Shown: positions 62,326 to 64,000 of the stretch, piece by piece | Position numbering within the stretch: position 1 is the first letter of the stretch | Layout of the letters: each line of letters starts with the position of its first letter | NCBI GenBank assembly: GCA_041600715.1 | Contig: JBFIJM010000001.1 | Location: 256,387 to 320,386 of the forward strand | Length of the DNA: 64,000 nt | Source: Candidatus Saccharimonadales bacterium | GTDB lineage: Bacteria; Patescibacteriota; Saccharimonadia; Saccharimonadales; 2-12-FULL-41-12 | Direction of reading: 5' to 3' | Translations under genes and position numbers: made by a program | Notes under the pieces: generated by a model | Told to the model about the DNA's origin: nothing | Database searches by the model: none | The model's input: the letters and a program-made list of their open reading frames with translations, nothing else

Positions 62326-62787
62326 TTATGATTTAGACTCTTCTACAGAACTATCCGACACTTGGGATTCGTCTGGCGCTTCTGATGAGACTTCTTCAGC
62401 AACAGGTGCTTCTTTAAGTGTATTAACAGTATTTTTGTCAAAATCTACACTTGCAAGTCGTGCCGATTTACCGGTACGTGCACGCATATAAGTTAGGTAA
62501 TTACGGCGTACCTTACTACGCTTAGTAACCTCAATTTTTTCTACTAAAGGACTGTGCACAAGATAAGTTTTTTCTACGCCAACACCACTAGCAATACGGC
62601 GTACTGTAATACTACTTGTGTGACTTCCTTTTCTGTCGGTACGGATAACAAGACCTTCGAAAACCTGGATACGTTCTTTGTTACCTTCTTTAATTTTTTG
62701 GTGCACACGAACTGTGTCGCCGCTTTTTACATCGACAACATCGTGCTTCTTAAACTTGGCTTCGATAGCCTGGATAACTGATGACAT
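62326..62787 (-). CDS. rplS: 50S ribosomal protein L19
   Basis: 153-aa ORF with VKSGDTVRVHQKIKEGNKERIQVFEGLVI and an acidic C-terminal extension of about 40 aa. Confidence 0.96.
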   Translation of the reverse strand: MSSVIQAIEAKFKKHDVVDVKSGDTVRVHQKIKEGNKERIQVFEGLVIRTDRKGSHTSSITVRRIASGVGVEKTYLVHSPLVEKIEVTKRSKVRRNYLTYMRARTGKSARLASVDFDKNTVNTLKEAPVAEEVSSEAPDESQVSDSSVEESKS

Positions 62788-62843
62788 AACTAAATAACCT
62801 TACTTTTACCTTTTCCATGCGTAGCATAACGCGATTTAAACCA

Positions 62844-62852
62844 ATTGTACCA
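62844..62852 (-). promoter_or_regulatory. Candidate extended -10 promoter for rplS
   Basis: The minus strand reads TGGTACAAT (TGn plus TACAAT), about 57 nt upstream of the rplS ATG. Confidence 0.3.
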
Positions 62853-62876
62853 CATCTGTTAGTGGAATAAAAGTAT

Positions 62877-63674
62877 TTATGGTCGGGCTGTTATAAGCTT
62901 TTGGGTTTTAGCTAATGCGCATGTCCCAACATATCTATCAATCTGCATATCACTAACAAACGCCGACCATCTTCTTTGTTCAATGAATGAATGGCCATTT
63001 ACCTTAGACATGACCTTTGTGTCTATCCCTGTGTGTAATGCAAATACTGTTGCGTAGATTACTGGTATAAGCGATAGCCTGCCTTCAATGGCGCTTACAG
63101 ATGTTGCAACACCACAATATGGAGTATAAGCTGACCAATATAATGAAGCTAAAGCTGAAGATCTGCCAACCAGGTTTTTATGTGCATTAATCATGAGCGA
63201 ATTACGTATAGACGAATCAAGAACTTGAGCCCAGGCTTTTTCGTCTGACTTATTCTTTTGCTTAAGGTCAATAACATCATCGACCACCTGTTCACGGTTT
63301 AGAATATGCCTGGCAAGTGGGTATCCATAGTTACTGGAATTTGAACCGAAGTCAATAAGATCTATGTTTATTGACTTAGAAGGATCTGCCTTGCGTAGCT
63401 GTCTTGATTTTGACGCAGTAATACTCCCATCTTCATTTACTGATCCAACCGAATGCACATCATCTGTCTGACCATAATACTCAGCTACTGAACTTGCAGA
63501 AAAAGCTCCTACTTTATGGATTCTTCGTAGCCTTTCGATATTAACCTCAATCCGTTCTGGATCAATATGTGCAGGCAATGAGAGGTCCCACATCAAAGGG
63601 ATCTCTCTTCTAAGAATTTGGTCTGGGTCTACCTCGTAAATACTTGGTAGCTCAGCGACTGATACACTGTTCAT
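62877..63674 (-). CDS. Hypothetical protein (265 aa)
   Basis: Long ORF with a hydrophobic C-terminal third. I recognise no family. Confidence 0.6.
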   Translation of the reverse strand: MNSVSVAELPSIYEVDPDQILRREIPLMWDLSLPAHIDPERIEVNIERLRRIHKVGAFSASSVAEYYGQTDDVHSVGSVNEDGSITASKSRQLRKADPSKSINIDLIDFGSNSSNYGYPLARHILNREQVVDDVIDLKQKNKSDEKAWAQVLDSSIRNSLMINAHKNLVGRSSALASLYWSAYTPYCGVATSVSAIEGRLSLIPVIYATVFALHTGIDTKVMSKVNGHSFIEQRRWSAFVSDMQIDRYVGTCALAKTQKLITARP

Positions 63675-63752
63675 TATTATTTATTATACCACGTTGTGCT
63701 ACTTTATTCAATGACGTTTTGTAGGGTATACTATTAGGAAAGAGGTGTATCA

Positions 63753-64000
63753 ATGAATTACGGACAAATAGCATTGCAAAAACATAAAGAACTAAGGGGC
63801 AAGATTTCTGTAGAACTGAAAGAACCCCTTACTAATAAGGAACAATTAGCAATTTTTTATACACCAGGCGTAGGCACGGTTAGTAGCTATGTAGCAAATC
63901 ATCCTCAAGAAGCACGTGATTACACTTGGCTAGGTAATAACGTCGCAGTTATTAGTGATGGTTCTGCTGTACTTGGTCTTGGTAATATAGGGCCCTACGG
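63753..64000 (+). CDS. NAD(P)-dependent malic enzyme, N-terminal part (runs off the window end)
   Basis: A Shine-Dalgarno-like GAGGTG lies 8 nt before the ATG at 63753. The sequence MNYGQIALQKHKELRGKISVELKEPLTNKEQLAIFYTPGVG...VAVISDGSAVLGLGNIGP matches the malic-enzyme N-terminal pattern. Confidence 0.85.
   Translation, partial: MNYGQIALQKHKELRGKISVELKEPLTNKEQLAIFYTPGVGTVSSYVANHPQEARDYTWLGNNVAVISDGSAVLGLGNIGPY

Overview
This 64-kb window comes from a small-genome, moderate-GC bacterium that uses the standard genetic code: TGA, TAA and TAG all terminate conserved genes. Positions 1-30,013 form one minus-strand transcription/translation supercluster, in the order rpoB-rpoC-rpsL-rpsG-fusA-tuf-rpsJ-rplC...rpsE-rplO-secY-infA-rpmJ-rpsM-rpsK-rpsD-rpoA-rplQ-rplM. 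The cluster lacks rpmD (L30), adk and map. Eight non-ribosomal small genes (a Nudix hydrolase, a lipoprotein, secreted/membrane proteins, a Cys-rich protein and unknowns) sit in junctions that are normally invariant: rplB|rpsS, rpsG|fusA, fusA|tuf, tuf|rpsJ, rpsJ|rplC and rplO|secY. The only three long intergenic gaps inside the spc/alpha part each carry a copy of one ~85-nt heptad-repeat hairpin element. The L30-less layout and the extended r-proteins suggest, by inference only, a CPR/Patescibacteria (Saccharibacteria-like) genome. Positions 30-64 kb hold housekeeping genes (clpP, tig, hisS, rsmD, recG, tyrS, class A PBP, radA, clpC, nusA, pepN, rnhB, rplS, malic enzyme). They are interrupted by a 5.03-kb integrative element (36463-41512) bounded by 21-nt direct repeats of the tRNA-Leu(UAG) 3' end. 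The element carries a large serine recombinase, an HTH gene, two Nudix hydrolases and an alpha/beta hydrolase. Regulatory signals include CIRCE (HrcA-type) operators in front of clpP and clpC, promoter-leader-terminator arrangements in front of nusA and hisS, and several clear intrinsic terminators and near-consensus promoters. No rRNA genes, CRISPR arrays or transposases were seen.
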